From assembly GCA_018825965.1 (NCBI GenBank), contig JAHKAA010000051.1, forward strand, positions 28,032 through 92,031: a DNA stretch of 64,000 nucleotides, written 5' to 3'. This document shows, piece by piece, positions 1 to 8,332 of the stretch; position 1 is the stretch's first letter; the number at the start of each line of letters is the position of its first letter. This DNA is from Gammaproteobacteria bacterium. Its GTDB lineage: Bacteria; Pseudomonadota; Gammaproteobacteria; Enterobacterales; Alteromonadaceae. The position numbers and the translations under genes are program-made. Under the pieces are notes generated by a model. The model worked only from the letters and a program-made list of their open reading frames with translations. It ran no database searches and was not told the origin of the DNA.

Positions 1-1
1 G

Positions 2-613
2 CGGGAGTCTGTGCGGGGTATGGAATACAACGGCGGTAGCCCTGATACCGGCAACTTACCAAATCATACAGTGATCATTCCTTTTACCCGCGGTTTATCC
101 GGCCCTATCGACTTTACCCCAGGTATTTTTAACTTTGATTATCAAAAACACCGCCCTGACAACAGAGTACCCAGCACTTTAGCCAATCAACTGGCTTTGT
201 ATGTCACCTTATACAGCCCGCTGCAAATGGCCGCCGATTTACCGGAAAACTATCAGGGCCACCCTGCTTTTGCTTTTATCGATGCTGTACCCACCGACTG
301 GCGACAAAGCATAGCGCTGCAAGGCAAGATTGGGCAGTATCTGGTGATAGCAAGGCAGGATAAACATTCAGACAACTGGTATTTAGGCGCCACCAGCAAC
401 GAAGAAGCCCGGGTGTTGGAGCAACCTCTGAGCTTCCTGAAAGCCGGAACCCGTTATCAGGTGATTGCCTATACAGATGCCGCCGACGCGAACTGGGAAA
501 CCAATCCGGAGGCCTATGAAATCAAGCGCAGTGAAGTAACAGCCAAAGATAAAATCAGCCTGATTTTACAAGCTGGTGGTGGCGCTGCTATTGAGTTTAT
601 TCCGCTGAAGTAA
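2..613 (+). CDS. Glycoside hydrolase family 97 (alpha-glucosidase, SusB-like), C-terminal part; 5' end lies outside the window
   Basis: Frame is open from base 2 (RESVRGMEYN). Motifs FTRGLSGPIDFTPG, QLALYV..YSPLQMAADLPENY and ARQ..DNWYLGA are typical of the GH97 C-terminus. Confidence 0.9.
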   Translation, partial: RESVRGMEYNGGSPDTGNLPNHTVIIPFTRGLSGPIDFTPGIFNFDYQKHRPDNRVPSTLANQLALYVTLYSPLQMAADLPENYQGHPAFAFIDAVPTDWRQSIALQGKIGQYLVIARQDKHSDNWYLGATSNEEARVLEQPLSFLKAGTRYQVIAYTDAADANWETNPEAYEIKRSEVTAKDKISLILQAGGGAAIEFIPLK

Positions 614-624
614 GCTGACAGACA

Positions 625-654
625 CAACAAGGGTGGCCAGAGCCACCCTTGTTG
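625..654. terminator. Bidirectional intrinsic terminator hairpin between convergent GH97 and MFS genes
   Basis: 13-bp inverted repeat CAACAAGGGTGGC-caga-GCCACCCTTGTTG. Confidence 0.7.
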
Positions 655-673
655 TTCAATAGATAGTGTTAGT

Positions 674-1945
674 TTAGTCATGCCCAAGCGCTAAACGTCT
701 TGCTGCTGGTTGCACAAAATGATTCCACCACAGCCCCAGCATTAACAGCAACGCAAAACCTGTCGCCAAGTAAAAACCATAACGCACATCACCCATCGCA
801 TCGCCCAACAGGCCCATCAGTAAAGGTCCTAAAGCGGCGGCCAGAGCGGTAAAAGCCAGAATTAAACCTGCAGCAGCGCCATGCTGCTGACGCGGAAAAC
901 AGCTGATGCCTTTAGAATTTAACGTGGGGTACATCATGGACATAAAAAGCCCTGACAGCGGCATCAGCCATAAAGCGGCGGCTACGCCAAAATACATACT
1001 CAAAGCAAAACAGATAAAAATAGCACTGCCAAACCAGGCCAATAAAGCCGTCCAGTTAAAACGCAGTAGCAACCATTCGGCAAGGAAACGCCCTGCGGTA
1101 CGCAGAATAAAAAACACTGTAATAGCATGGGCGGCCAGCACAGTGAAGTTGCCATCATAACTTTGCAATAAGGTGGGCAACCAAACAAAAATAGCGACTT
1201 CAGTGGCGACATAACAAGCGATAGCCAGCGAAAACCCCAGCGCATGTTTATCTTTCACCAAGGCCAGGCTTTGCCAAATTGAACTTTGTTGTTGTGGCTG
1301 ATAAGCCGGATAATCCAATCGTAATGCCATCACCAATAACAGGGCACAAATCAGCCCGGCCAACAGATAAAGCTGAGTCCAGTCCAGTGACGCCGCAATC
1401 AATAAACCGACCAGAGCAGGGCCAAAGATGGCACCTAAGCCAAAAAAACCTTCCACCCTGTTCATCAGTCTGGTGTGACTGTTGGCATCAGGGCTGACAT
1501 CGCCCACTAAAGCCAAAGCCCCGGTTTTAAACAAACCTATACTTAAACCACTGACGCCCAACAGCAGCAGGTAATACAAAAAACTTTCGCCAAAAATAAA
1601 GGCCACACAAGCAATAGCATACAAAGCCAAACCGGCAAGAATGACTTTTTTCCGGCCAAAACGGTCGGCATACCGGCCTAAAAACAAGCCGGATAAACCA
1701 ATAAATAACATAGGCACATAATGAAAAGCTGCGGCTTCGGTCAGGCTCAACTGAAACTGCGCGACGACCTGCGGAATAATGACGCCCACAGCATCTGTGG
1801 TCATAGCAAAAACAAAAAACATCAGGCAGGTCATCCATTTCACCTGAGTAAAAGCACTGGGCGGCAGCGCTGTTGTAGGTGAAGGTGGCGAACTGGCTTC
1901 TAAAGTCTGAACTTGTTGCATTGGTAGTACCCTGTCATAACGCAT
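674..1945 (-). CDS. MFS sugar transporter (FucP/GluP-like)
   Basis: About 12 hydrophobic segments, MFS motif A (GRYADRFGRKK), and adjacency to a GH97 gene. True start may be MQQ at 1921. Confidence 0.85.
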   Translation of the reverse strand: MRYDRVLPMQQVQTLEASSPPSPTTALPPSAFTQVKWMTCLMFFVFAMTTDAVGVIIPQVVAQFQLSLTEAAAFHYVPMLFIGLSGLFLGRYADRFGRKKVILAGLALYAIACVAFIFGESFLYYLLLLGVSGLSIGLFKTGALALVGDVSPDANSHTRLMNRVEGFFGLGAIFGPALVGLLIAASLDWTQLYLLAGLICALLLVMALRLDYPAYQPQQQSSIWQSLALVKDKHALGFSLAIACYVATEVAIFVWLPTLLQSYDGNFTVLAAHAITVFFILRTAGRFLAEWLLLRFNWTALLAWFGSAIFICFALSMYFGVAAALWLMPLSGLFMSMMYPTLNSKGISCFPRQQHGAAAGLILAFTALAAALGPLLMGLLGDAMGDVRYGFYLATGFALLLMLGLWWNHFVQPAARRLALGHD

Positions 1946-2314
1946 GCGATTTTATCGATGCTGATTTTTATCAGGAAGTACAACCCCAATCAGCTTAAGG
2001 CTGAGTGTAGTCGGCTTCCATGGTATCCGGCATGCGTTACCCTCCCCAGGGCACAATGACAACGTCATCCGGCATGTCAGATTATTTCTGTTTATTTGAG
2101 CTTTAAAACTACAACTTAATCGTTTAAGTGGCAATAAAAAAATTCAACTATGGGGTAAATTTATTTCAGCCAGGGCTGGGGCATGTGTACGCTAAGCAGG
2201 TATCACCAAAGGATCCTGTAAGTAATACACATGCCTCTCAGCTCTGTTTATCTTCCTAAAGATTTGATGGCGGCCTGGAGTACAATCTGTTATCAACATT
2301 GGAGGCTCTCTAAA

Positions 2315-2358
2315 TGGGTCTGATCTGACAAAAAGCCTGAATGCAGATCAGTACCCCA
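2315..2358. repeat. REP-like palindromic element, GGGTC(A/T)GATC family
   Basis: TGGGTCTGATCTG...CAGATCAGTACCCCA inverted repeat; the same core occurs at 4173-4187 and 51002-51044. Confidence 0.5.
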
Positions 2359-2383
2359 ATTTACTTTAAGCGAGTGATGACAG

Positions 2384-3274
2384 ATGAAAAACAAGCCGAC
2401 GATCAGCAGCGTAGATTATGCCGTAGCCCCGGGCACCAAACTTGATTTGCACCAGCAGGCTACAGTGGCAGAACCACTCTACAGCTCTTCAAAAGACTAT
2501 AAGAAACAACTGAGCGCCAGCACCAAAAAACTGAAGAAAGCTCAGGAGCTGTTTTATGCCGACAACAGTTATTCTTTGCTGATCATTTTTCAGGCGATGG
2601 ATGCAGCAGGTAAAGACGGCGCTATTCGCCATGTGATGTCGGGCATTAACCCACAAGGCTGTCGGGTACAGAGTTTCAAACACCCAAGTAGCACTGAACT
2701 GGATCACGATTTTCTCTGGCGTAGCCACTGCGCCCTGCCTGAGCGCGGTCAAATTGGTATTTTCAACCGTTCTTATTACGAAGAAGTGCTGATTGTAAAA
2801 GTGCAACCCCAGCTATTAGAGGCGCAAAAACTGCCTTACAAAAACCTGAACTCCGGGCCTTTCTGGCGTGATCGCTACCGTTCTATTGTTGCATCTGAAG
2901 CCCATCTGGTACGCAACGGCACTCGTGTCATCAAGTTCTTTTTGCATCTGTCTAAAGAAGAACAATGCCGCCGTTTTCTCGACCGCATCGACAACCCCAA
3001 CAAAAACTGGAAATTCTCCGAAGCCGACACAGCACAGCGCCAACACTGGGACAGTTATATGAGTGCCTATGCCGAGTGTTTAAGCAACACCAGCACCAAA
3101 GTTGCACCCTGGTATCTGATACCGGCCGATGATAAAAAAAATGCCCGCTTAATCATTTCCAGCATTATTAACGAAACTTTGGCAGGACTGAATTTAGCTT
3201 ACCCACAAACCACTGATGCACGCCGGGCAGAGTTAGAGGAGATCCGCACTAAGTTATTGCAGGGTGAGCTTTAG
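2384..3274 (+). CDS. ppk2: Polyphosphate kinase 2 family (polyP:nucleotide phosphotransferase)
   Basis: Walker A QAMDAAGKDG, IFNRSYYEEVL, KFFLHLSKEEQ, KNWKFS and APWYLIPADDK motifs. Confidence 0.93.
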   Translation: MKNKPTISSVDYAVAPGTKLDLHQQATVAEPLYSSSKDYKKQLSASTKKLKKAQELFYADNSYSLLIIFQAMDAAGKDGAIRHVMSGINPQGCRVQSFKHPSSTELDHDFLWRSHCALPERGQIGIFNRSYYEEVLIVKVQPQLLEAQKLPYKNLNSGPFWRDRYRSIVASEAHLVRNGTRVIKFFLHLSKEEQCRRFLDRIDNPNKNWKFSEADTAQRQHWDSYMSAYAECLSNTSTKVAPWYLIPADDKKNARLIISSIINETLAGLNLAYPQTTDARRAELEEIRTKLLQGEL

Positions 3275-3485
3275 TTTAAGTGGCAGGGAGTTAGAGTCGG
3301 CTCCCCTATTGGTTAGTGCGATATACAGTATTAACTTTTGTGCAAGAGGCAATTATGACCTGGTCCTGGCTTTTGTCGCTTAAATCAGACTTTAATAACT
3401 CAAACCGTGGGGTAAAGGGCTAGACCTGACACCGAGTATTCGCTAAGAACATTCCTTTTAATTGTATTTTAAATCAAAACAGCTG

Positions 3486-3509
3486 TGCGGAGGGCTGTCG
3501 CCCTCCGCA
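3486..3509 (-). terminator. Hairpin downstream of the 3549-3911 gene
   Basis: TGCGGAGGGC-tgtc-GCCCTCCGCA, a 10-bp perfect stem 40 bp after the stop codon. Confidence 0.6.
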
Positions 3510-3548
3510 TGTCCACATCGAGAATTAAAATTAGTCATGAATTGACCA

Positions 3549-3911
3549 TTATGGCACAGGGGTGAAAGTTAATGTCATTGAGCCTGTGTTGTCTGATGAA
3601 GTAACTTGATCAACTATAAAAGCATATATTGGCTGGCCAGCAGTGACGTTCATAGTGGTGCCTTCTGCAGTATTGGCAGTGTAAAACCATCTAAAATAAT
3701 CACCTGAAGCCAAGGGCGCGGTGTTAAATAGTAAAACTTGATTTAACGGCCATGTTGATCCGCTATAATTCACGTCTGACACTAAACTGACGGATACTTG
3801 TCCGGTTTCAGGAAAGGTCACGGAAGGAGCTGCTGACCCGGGTAATGTTATGTTTTGAAGATTAATTGTTTGTGTGCCTAGTATGGTTATTGTTTGTGTC
3901 TTATTTGCCAT
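3549..3911 (-). CDS. Small beta-rich hypothetical protein (120 aa), LecA/PA-IL-like lectin candidate
   Basis: ATG at 3911 preceded by AAGGAA. T/S/V-rich with no signal peptide. C-terminal IYAFIVDQVTSSDNTGSMTLTF resembles the LecA Ca2+/sugar loop. Confidence 0.6.
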   Translation of the reverse strand: MANKTQTITILGTQTINLQNITLPGSAAPSVTFPETGQVSVSLVSDVNYSGSTWPLNQVLLFNTAPLASGDYFRWFYTANTAEGTTMNVTAGQPIYAFIVDQVTSSDNTGSMTLTFTPVP

Positions 3912-4079
3912 ATCGGTCCATTCCTTGAAGTTTGAAGTACGCGACCAACGCAAAAGTATGCGATAGCGCTATTAAAGCTAGCTAGCGTTTTCCTTTTGTC
4001 AACAAAATAGGAAAAATAAAAAAGCAGAATGGCAACAAAACAGTGACAGGTCTTGCATCTTGTCCGCTATATTAAGGAC

Positions 4080-4189
4080 AGATCTGATAGCTATTTTCTC
4101 TCACTTTTTCCGTTTTTATTTTCGTTAAACTCATTGAAACTACGTCAAAAAACTATTTTGGGGCAAGGAGCAAGATCAGACCCCAAAGT
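4080..4189. repeat. ~110-bp repeat, copy A (copy B at 6573-6681)
   Basis: Shared AGATCT..CTATTTTCT, exact 26-mer TTTTATTTTCGTTAAACTCATTGAAA, and TATTTTGGG...CCCCAAAGT hairpin. Confidence 0.8.
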
Positions 4190-4190
4190 T

Positions 4191-4255
4191 CTGATGCACG
4201 CCGGGCTGAGTGAGAAGAAGTCCGTACTAAGTTATTGCAGGGTGAGCTTTAGTTT
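4191..4255 (+). pseudogene. Duplicated 3' end of ppk2 (copy of 3213-3277)
   Basis: 65 bp with 59/65 identity to the ppk2 3' end, including its TAG stop; one internal TTA>TGA change. Confidence 0.9.
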
Positions 4256-4617
4256 TGGTGCCTGGAAGCTGGGGGCGGCTGGTCATATCCGCCCATAAAT
4301 ACAACCGCTGTAGTAATAACTAAAATTTGTTCTGTAGTGATAAGGGCAGCGTCCAGATCGTTATTCAACAATTCAGGCAAGTTATCGCTAAGCAGCTCTA
4401 CATGGTCGGCACCATCAGCTTCATAATGCCTGACGAAATTGATACATGACTCCGATTGTCTGGCTTTTTGCTCCAGACAACTTGCTGCCAGAGTAGACAA
4501 CGTCTCCATGTTATATAGCACCGCATCCCAATCTACTTCCTGTTTTGCTTTGCTGGAGCAAGAGGCAACCAGAGCTGTATAGAGTAACATCAGAAAAAAT
4601 TTTAAGCTTTGGTTCAA
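4249..4617 (-). CDS. Integron cassette gene: predicted lipoprotein, 3' end cut off at the ppk2 duplicate
   Basis: GGAGG then TTG at 4617, lipobox LVASC, preceded by the attC-like 4630-4720 element. The ORF runs into the ppk2 repeat. Confidence 0.6.
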   Translation of the reverse strand: MNQSLKFFLMLLYTALVASCSSKAKQEVDWDAVLYNMETLSTLAASCLEQKARQSESCINFVRHYEADGADHVELLSDNLPELLNNDLDAALITTEQILVITTAVVFMGGYDQPPPASRHQN

Positions 4618-4629
4618 GCTTCCTCCAAA

Positions 4630-4720
4630 ATACAACGATCAACTAAAGGTCGCAAATGCCAAAGGTGCGCCATGTATGCGTTCCAGCGAACGAAGTGAGT
4701 GACTTGACGTTTTGTTAACT
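4630..4720 (-). other. Degenerate attC site (91 bp)
   Basis: Minus strand reads AGTTAAC-AAAAC-GTCAAG...CCTTTAG-TTGATC-GTTGTAT, with internal CACTCACTTCGTTCGCTGG typical of attC stems. Confidence 0.6.
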
Positions 4721-4770
4721 GCCATGCGAACTCCTTTGTTTAATTTTATTCGGGATAAGAGCGGGCCTTG

Positions 4771-5220
4771 TTATAGCTGTTTTTCACGTTGAAGCATATC
4801 ATCTAAAAAGGGGGAAACTTTTTGCATGTACTCATAACCAAATTTAGTATAGTCCGCGTTAATTTCCGGCAAAAGCGCTTGGTACTTTCTGCCTGTTGGG
4901 GTTTTCAAAAAGTCTTCAGGTCTCCCAGCTTTAAAGAAGTTTATAAGCTCAGTAGTTTCATTTTCAGTAAAGCGCTCAGAGTAAATTGGGGCTAAACTTT
5001 CTCTTAATTTACTCCAGGCAAAATATTTATTTTCCCAAGCTTCAACAACAGCCCTATGTTGAGATAATTCAGGAGTCTTAGAGATCATTACCTCTGTCAT
5101 CAGGCCTTGATGTTTTGCAAAATACTCTCTAGCTCCATTTACCTCAAGTAGTTCATTAGTAGCAGGTTCCGCTAATACGCAAAATGAACATAGTGTAAGT
5201 ATCAAATAAAGTAGTTTCAT
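4771..5220 (-). CDS. Integron cassette gene: secreted hypothetical protein (DUF2059-like)
   Basis: Signal peptide and YSERFTENET..LINFFK motif. The stop codon lies inside inverse core GCTATAAC and the cassette begins at GTTATAAC. Confidence 0.65.
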   Translation of the reverse strand: MKLLYLILTLCSFCVLAEPATNELLEVNGAREYFAKHQGLMTEVMISKTPELSQHRAVVEAWENKYFAWSKLRESLAPIYSERFTENETTELINFFKAGRPEDFLKTPTGRKYQALLPEINADYTKFGYEYMQKVSPFLDDMLQREKQL

Positions 5221-5233
5221 AGTTCCTCTAACA

Positions 5234-5370
5234 GTTATAACACCGAATTTAGTCGCAGTTTAAACATTAAATTTTTATGCAATACTCTTGTGCAGCAAAA
5301 CCACAAAAAGGCGACCTACAAATTGTCGAAGTCCGCGAAGCGCAAGATACCCGGACGACTTGTTATGAAT
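5234..5370 (-). other. attC site, long type (~136 bp), partly degenerate
   Basis: Minus strand reads TTCATAAC-AAGTC...CTAAAT-TCGGT-GTTATAAC, immediately after the stop of 5371-5745. Confidence 0.65.
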
Positions 5371-5745
5371 TTATAGTTGCCACACTATTTCATTTCGTAG
5401 CCGTTCAACAACCTTGACCTTTGGGCCTGCTACCGCAGCATAGACAAAGGTACTTGCACCTACCGAAGTGCATTTAATTACAGCACGATTATTGCTGTAG
5501 TTTCCGTATACATAGCTACCATTTTTTACTATTTCAATAAAGCCAAGAGATTCAAGTATTTCTGTACCTTTATCCGCACATGCTTCAGCAGGAATTTTAA
5601 GCATTTTATGGTCAGACCAAATGTGAGGCGCAAATTCCCTCTGAATAGTGCGAACTTCGCCCCCATTCTCCTGGTTGGTGTCTTTGGTTGCATTGGTAGC
5701 GCAGCCACCAAGTAGAATTAAAAAAACAACAGCAGCTAGCTTCAC
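5371..5745 (-). CDS. Integron cassette gene: hypothetical lipoprotein
   Basis: Lipobox LGGC; bounded by attC-like sites on both sides. Confidence 0.7.
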   Translation of the reverse strand: MKLAAVVFLILLGGCATNATKDTNQENGGEVRTIQREFAPHIWSDHKMLKIPAEACADKGTEILESLGFIEIVKNGSYVYGNYSNNRAVIKCTSVGASTFVYAAVAGPKVKVVERLRNEIVWQL

Positions 5746-5761
5746 TATTTTATTTCCCTAT

Positions 5762-5815
5762 GTCAGAACGTCGAGCTAAGCAGAAGTGTGCGGTGCTTCA
5801 GCGACTTGTTAGAAT
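5762..5815 (-). other. attC site, short type (54 bp)
   Basis: Minus strand reads ATTCTAAC-AAGTC-GCTGAAG...CTTAGC-TCGAC-GTTCTGAC. L'' has 7 nt with an extra base and L' has 6 nt, as in canonical attC. Confidence 0.75.
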
Positions 5816-5818
5816 AAT

Positions 5819-6289
5819 TTAAAATCTACCAGACTTTATGTCTAATATTTTCAATTTCCACTTTTCAGCTTTAAGATTATTATCCAGCTCAATAGTCAGA
5901 TAAGAGCTTTGATTCGGTTGCACCAGCCATGAATAATCTTGCCCAGTTTTAACAAAAAGTAGTTTTCCTGCTGCATCAAAAACTGAAACTTCGTAACTAA
6001 TATTGTGCCATTTAGTATCTGATTTATTAGCAATTAAATAATTTAATGCAAGCCTGTTATGTTCACCTGGCGAGATCCCTATCTCTTTCACTTCAAACAG
6101 ATGTTCATTACCTGGATAGTTTTTATTAAACCAAATTCCCATGGAGTAGAACATAACGGGAATAAACACCAAAGGAAATATAAAGCCAAATATCTGCGGA
6201 TTTTTGTACCAGATTTGAAAGGACTGGCAATACGGACATTTACTAGCAGCGTTATCGATTTCTTTAATGCAGGACTTACAGGTTTTCAT
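5819..6289 (-). CDS. Integron cassette gene: hypothetical membrane protein with N-terminal Zn-ribbon (CxxC..CPYC)
   Basis: AAGGAG RBS and one TM helix. The cassette starts at core GTTAGAAT (6314-6321), the exact complement of its inverse core ATTCTAAC (5808-5815). Confidence 0.7.
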   Translation of the reverse strand: MKTCKSCIKEIDNAASKCPYCQSFQIWYKNPQIFGFIFPLVFIPVMFYSMGIWFNKNYPGNEHLFEVKEIGISPGEHNRLALNYLIANKSDTKWHNISYEVSVFDAAGKLLFVKTGQDYSWLVQPNQSSYLTIELDNNLKAEKWKLKILDIKSGRF

Positions 6290-6572
6290 TTAATACTCCT
6301 TGCTTCGGCTGGGATTCTAACAATCCATTCTCAAAGGCAGTCCGCGCAAGTCGAATTTTTTGCCTTCTCTTATAATTTCCACTCAAATAAAATTAACGTC
6401 AATGAAACTCTATTTCAATATATTTTTCTAAAGCCACCAAATTTATGTCCAACAAAATTTATACAGCCAGCACGCTAGTTGTTCTTAAATTAACTCATAT
6501 GCAACAGTTACACATTTAACCTGAGGTTTTAACCGAGCTACCATCAGAATCGGGCCTTGCCATCTGAGGAAT

Positions 6573-6681
6573 AGATCTATTAACTATTTTCTATGGTTTT
6601 ATCTGCTTTTATTTTCGTTAAACTCATTGAAATTAAACTAATAAGTTATTTTGGGACGAGGTGTGAAACCAGCCCCAAAGT
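6573..6681. repeat. ~110-bp repeat, copy B (copy A at 4080-4189)
   Basis: Same 26-mer and TTTTGGG...CCCCAAAG hairpin as copy A. Confidence 0.8.
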
Positions 6682-6684
6682 CCC

Positions 6685-7431
6685 TCACTGTATCTGTGTT
6701 GTTTTTTCAATAACCACTTTCACTTCGTCCCCAGAGACAGCCAACCTCATCATTCCTACTTCGACATAACGATTAAAATCATTGACTGCAAAGTGCTGCA
6801 ACCTGGCCTCAAGGGTTGAAGGGGCAACCCACTTCGCACTATGAACCCCAAAATCTGTCTCATTCCTTTCCAATAACAATGTGAGCTTGTCGTCATTTAA
6901 CCGATAGAGCTTAAGTATAGTGCGGTCAAAGGTGTCTGAATTCCGACTATCCAGATACTCAAATACCAACTGACTATCAGGTGAAAACACCAGATGCCCT
7001 GTGAACTCCGTGGTAATTTTTGTTTTGCGATCGATCAGTAAATAACGCCACCATTCCCAACGCGCTTCAAAGATCACGCAGTACCTTTTAGTGTGATCAC
7101 AACCCCACAATGAGAAATTCTGATAACGCTCAGCATCGTCTGCAATAAAGTCTTGCAGCAACAGTTTGCAGCCATCAAGGTAAGCCAATGTCACTTTGCC
7201 CTGTTTTTTCTGATAGATATCCGCAAAAAGCACCGCTATTTGTTCAGGCCCCTGCTCTTTTGTGCAGTGCTCATAATCCTGAAATTGCTGATAAGTAGGT
7301 TGCACAGGCAAGGAATCACACAATTGCTGCAGCGTCATATGTCTGACTGGTTCGGCTGCCTGAAGCACAGTACTGCTAATCAATAAGCCAAGCAGACCTA
7401 CGTAGGTTATTAGGTGTTGAATTTTCATCAT
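6685..7431 (-). CDS. Secreted hypothetical protein
   Basis: 248-aa ORF with a signal peptide ending LQA-AE; no family recognised. Confidence 0.7.
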   Translation of the reverse strand: MMKIQHLITYVGLLGLLISSTVLQAAEPVRHMTLQQLCDSLPVQPTYQQFQDYEHCTKEQGPEQIAVLFADIYQKKQGKVTLAYLDGCKLLLQDFIADDAERYQNFSLWGCDHTKRYCVIFEARWEWWRYLLIDRKTKITTEFTGHLVFSPDSQLVFEYLDSRNSDTFDRTILKLYRLNDDKLTLLLERNETDFGVHSAKWVAPSTLEARLQHFAVNDFNRYVEVGMMRLAVSGDEVKVVIEKTTQIQ

Positions 7432-7462
7432 TGTTAGTCCTTTAACTTCAGTGAATCTGCCC

Positions 7463-8278
7463 CTAAGGCAACTGAATTTTATAATCCTTCATATGCTTTA
7501 AATAAGCGACCAGATGGTCGATATCCTCTGCGCTAAACTGCTCAAAAGTCGGCATTTTGCTTTTGTATCTGTAGCCGGATGCATTGGGAATAAAGGCTTT
7601 TAAGTGTTCGTCAGTCCAATATTCGGTTACGTTTTTTGGCGCATTCAGCTCAGGGCCTAAGTCGCCACCTTGCAGGTTAATCGAATGACAGCTGATGCAG
7701 TTTTGTTTAAACAGCAAAAAGCCCTGATAAGCAGCTGAGCTTTGGGCCGTGTTGGTTGGATAGAGTTTGGGATAACGTTGCTGAAAACTCACCAGCTCTA
7801 GCTTTACTAACTGATAAGGCCAGGGTCTGGTTTTTTCTACCGCTTTGCCTTGCCTCCAGACTAAATAAAATGGCGCTGGTGATACCATAGCTTTGCCCTG
7901 AGCTACAGGGGCAAAATCAAAATCTTTCTTGCCCGTTTCGGCAAATACCAGCACAGCCTGGTCGTCCAGCAAATATTCAAGCGGCATACTGGGCGCATAG
8001 CCATCAGAAGCCGTCAGCACTACTTCATCTGCAGCCTGGCCTGGCTTGTAACCAGCAGCTTTTAGCAGTTGCAGCAAAGACACGCCTACAAAGCTTTTAT
8101 CGCTGTTGTAGACAGGGTCAAATAACTTGATTTGCTGCACTGGCACTTTTTGTTTAATGTCCAGAAGACTCCAGCGCAGCTTTTGATCAGGCAGCTGAAT
8201 ATCCAGACTTTGGGCATAAAGAGGTGAAGATAAAACACCAAATAGCAAAAATAACACCAATGCCAAAAGTCTGTTCAT
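7463..8278 (-). CDS. Periplasmic c-type cytochrome with N-terminal molybdopterin-oxidoreductase-like domain
   Basis: Signal peptide, single CISCH heme motif with GPELN and distal MP, and N-terminal LTASDGYAPSMP...PFYLVW. Confidence 0.75.
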   Translation of the reverse strand: MNRLLALVLFLLFGVLSSPLYAQSLDIQLPDQKLRWSLLDIKQKVPVQQIKLFDPVYNSDKSFVGVSLLQLLKAAGYKPGQAADEVVLTASDGYAPSMPLEYLLDDQAVLVFAETGKKDFDFAPVAQGKAMVSPAPFYLVWRQGKAVEKTRPWPYQLVKLELVSFQQRYPKLYPTNTAQSSAAYQGFLLFKQNCISCHSINLQGGDLGPELNAPKNVTEYWTDEHLKAFIPNASGYRYKSKMPTFEQFSAEDIDHLVAYLKHMKDYKIQLP

Positions 8279-8332
8279 GGCTGCTCCTGCCTGCTCTGTT
8301 GATAAAAAGATACTGTGCTGAATTGTCCGAAT

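Noticed and set aside
3350-3425. Short ORF ATGACC...TAG between REP-like relics as a deleted RAYT transposase
   Set aside because: Only 22 codons with no HUH or tyrosine motif; unsupported.
6322-6680. An intI gene, attI site or LexA box upstream of the first cassette
   Set aside because: There is no tyrosine-recombinase ORF and no CTGT-N8-ACAG. The 6059-6478 plus-strand ORF is an antisense shadow with no recombinase motifs.
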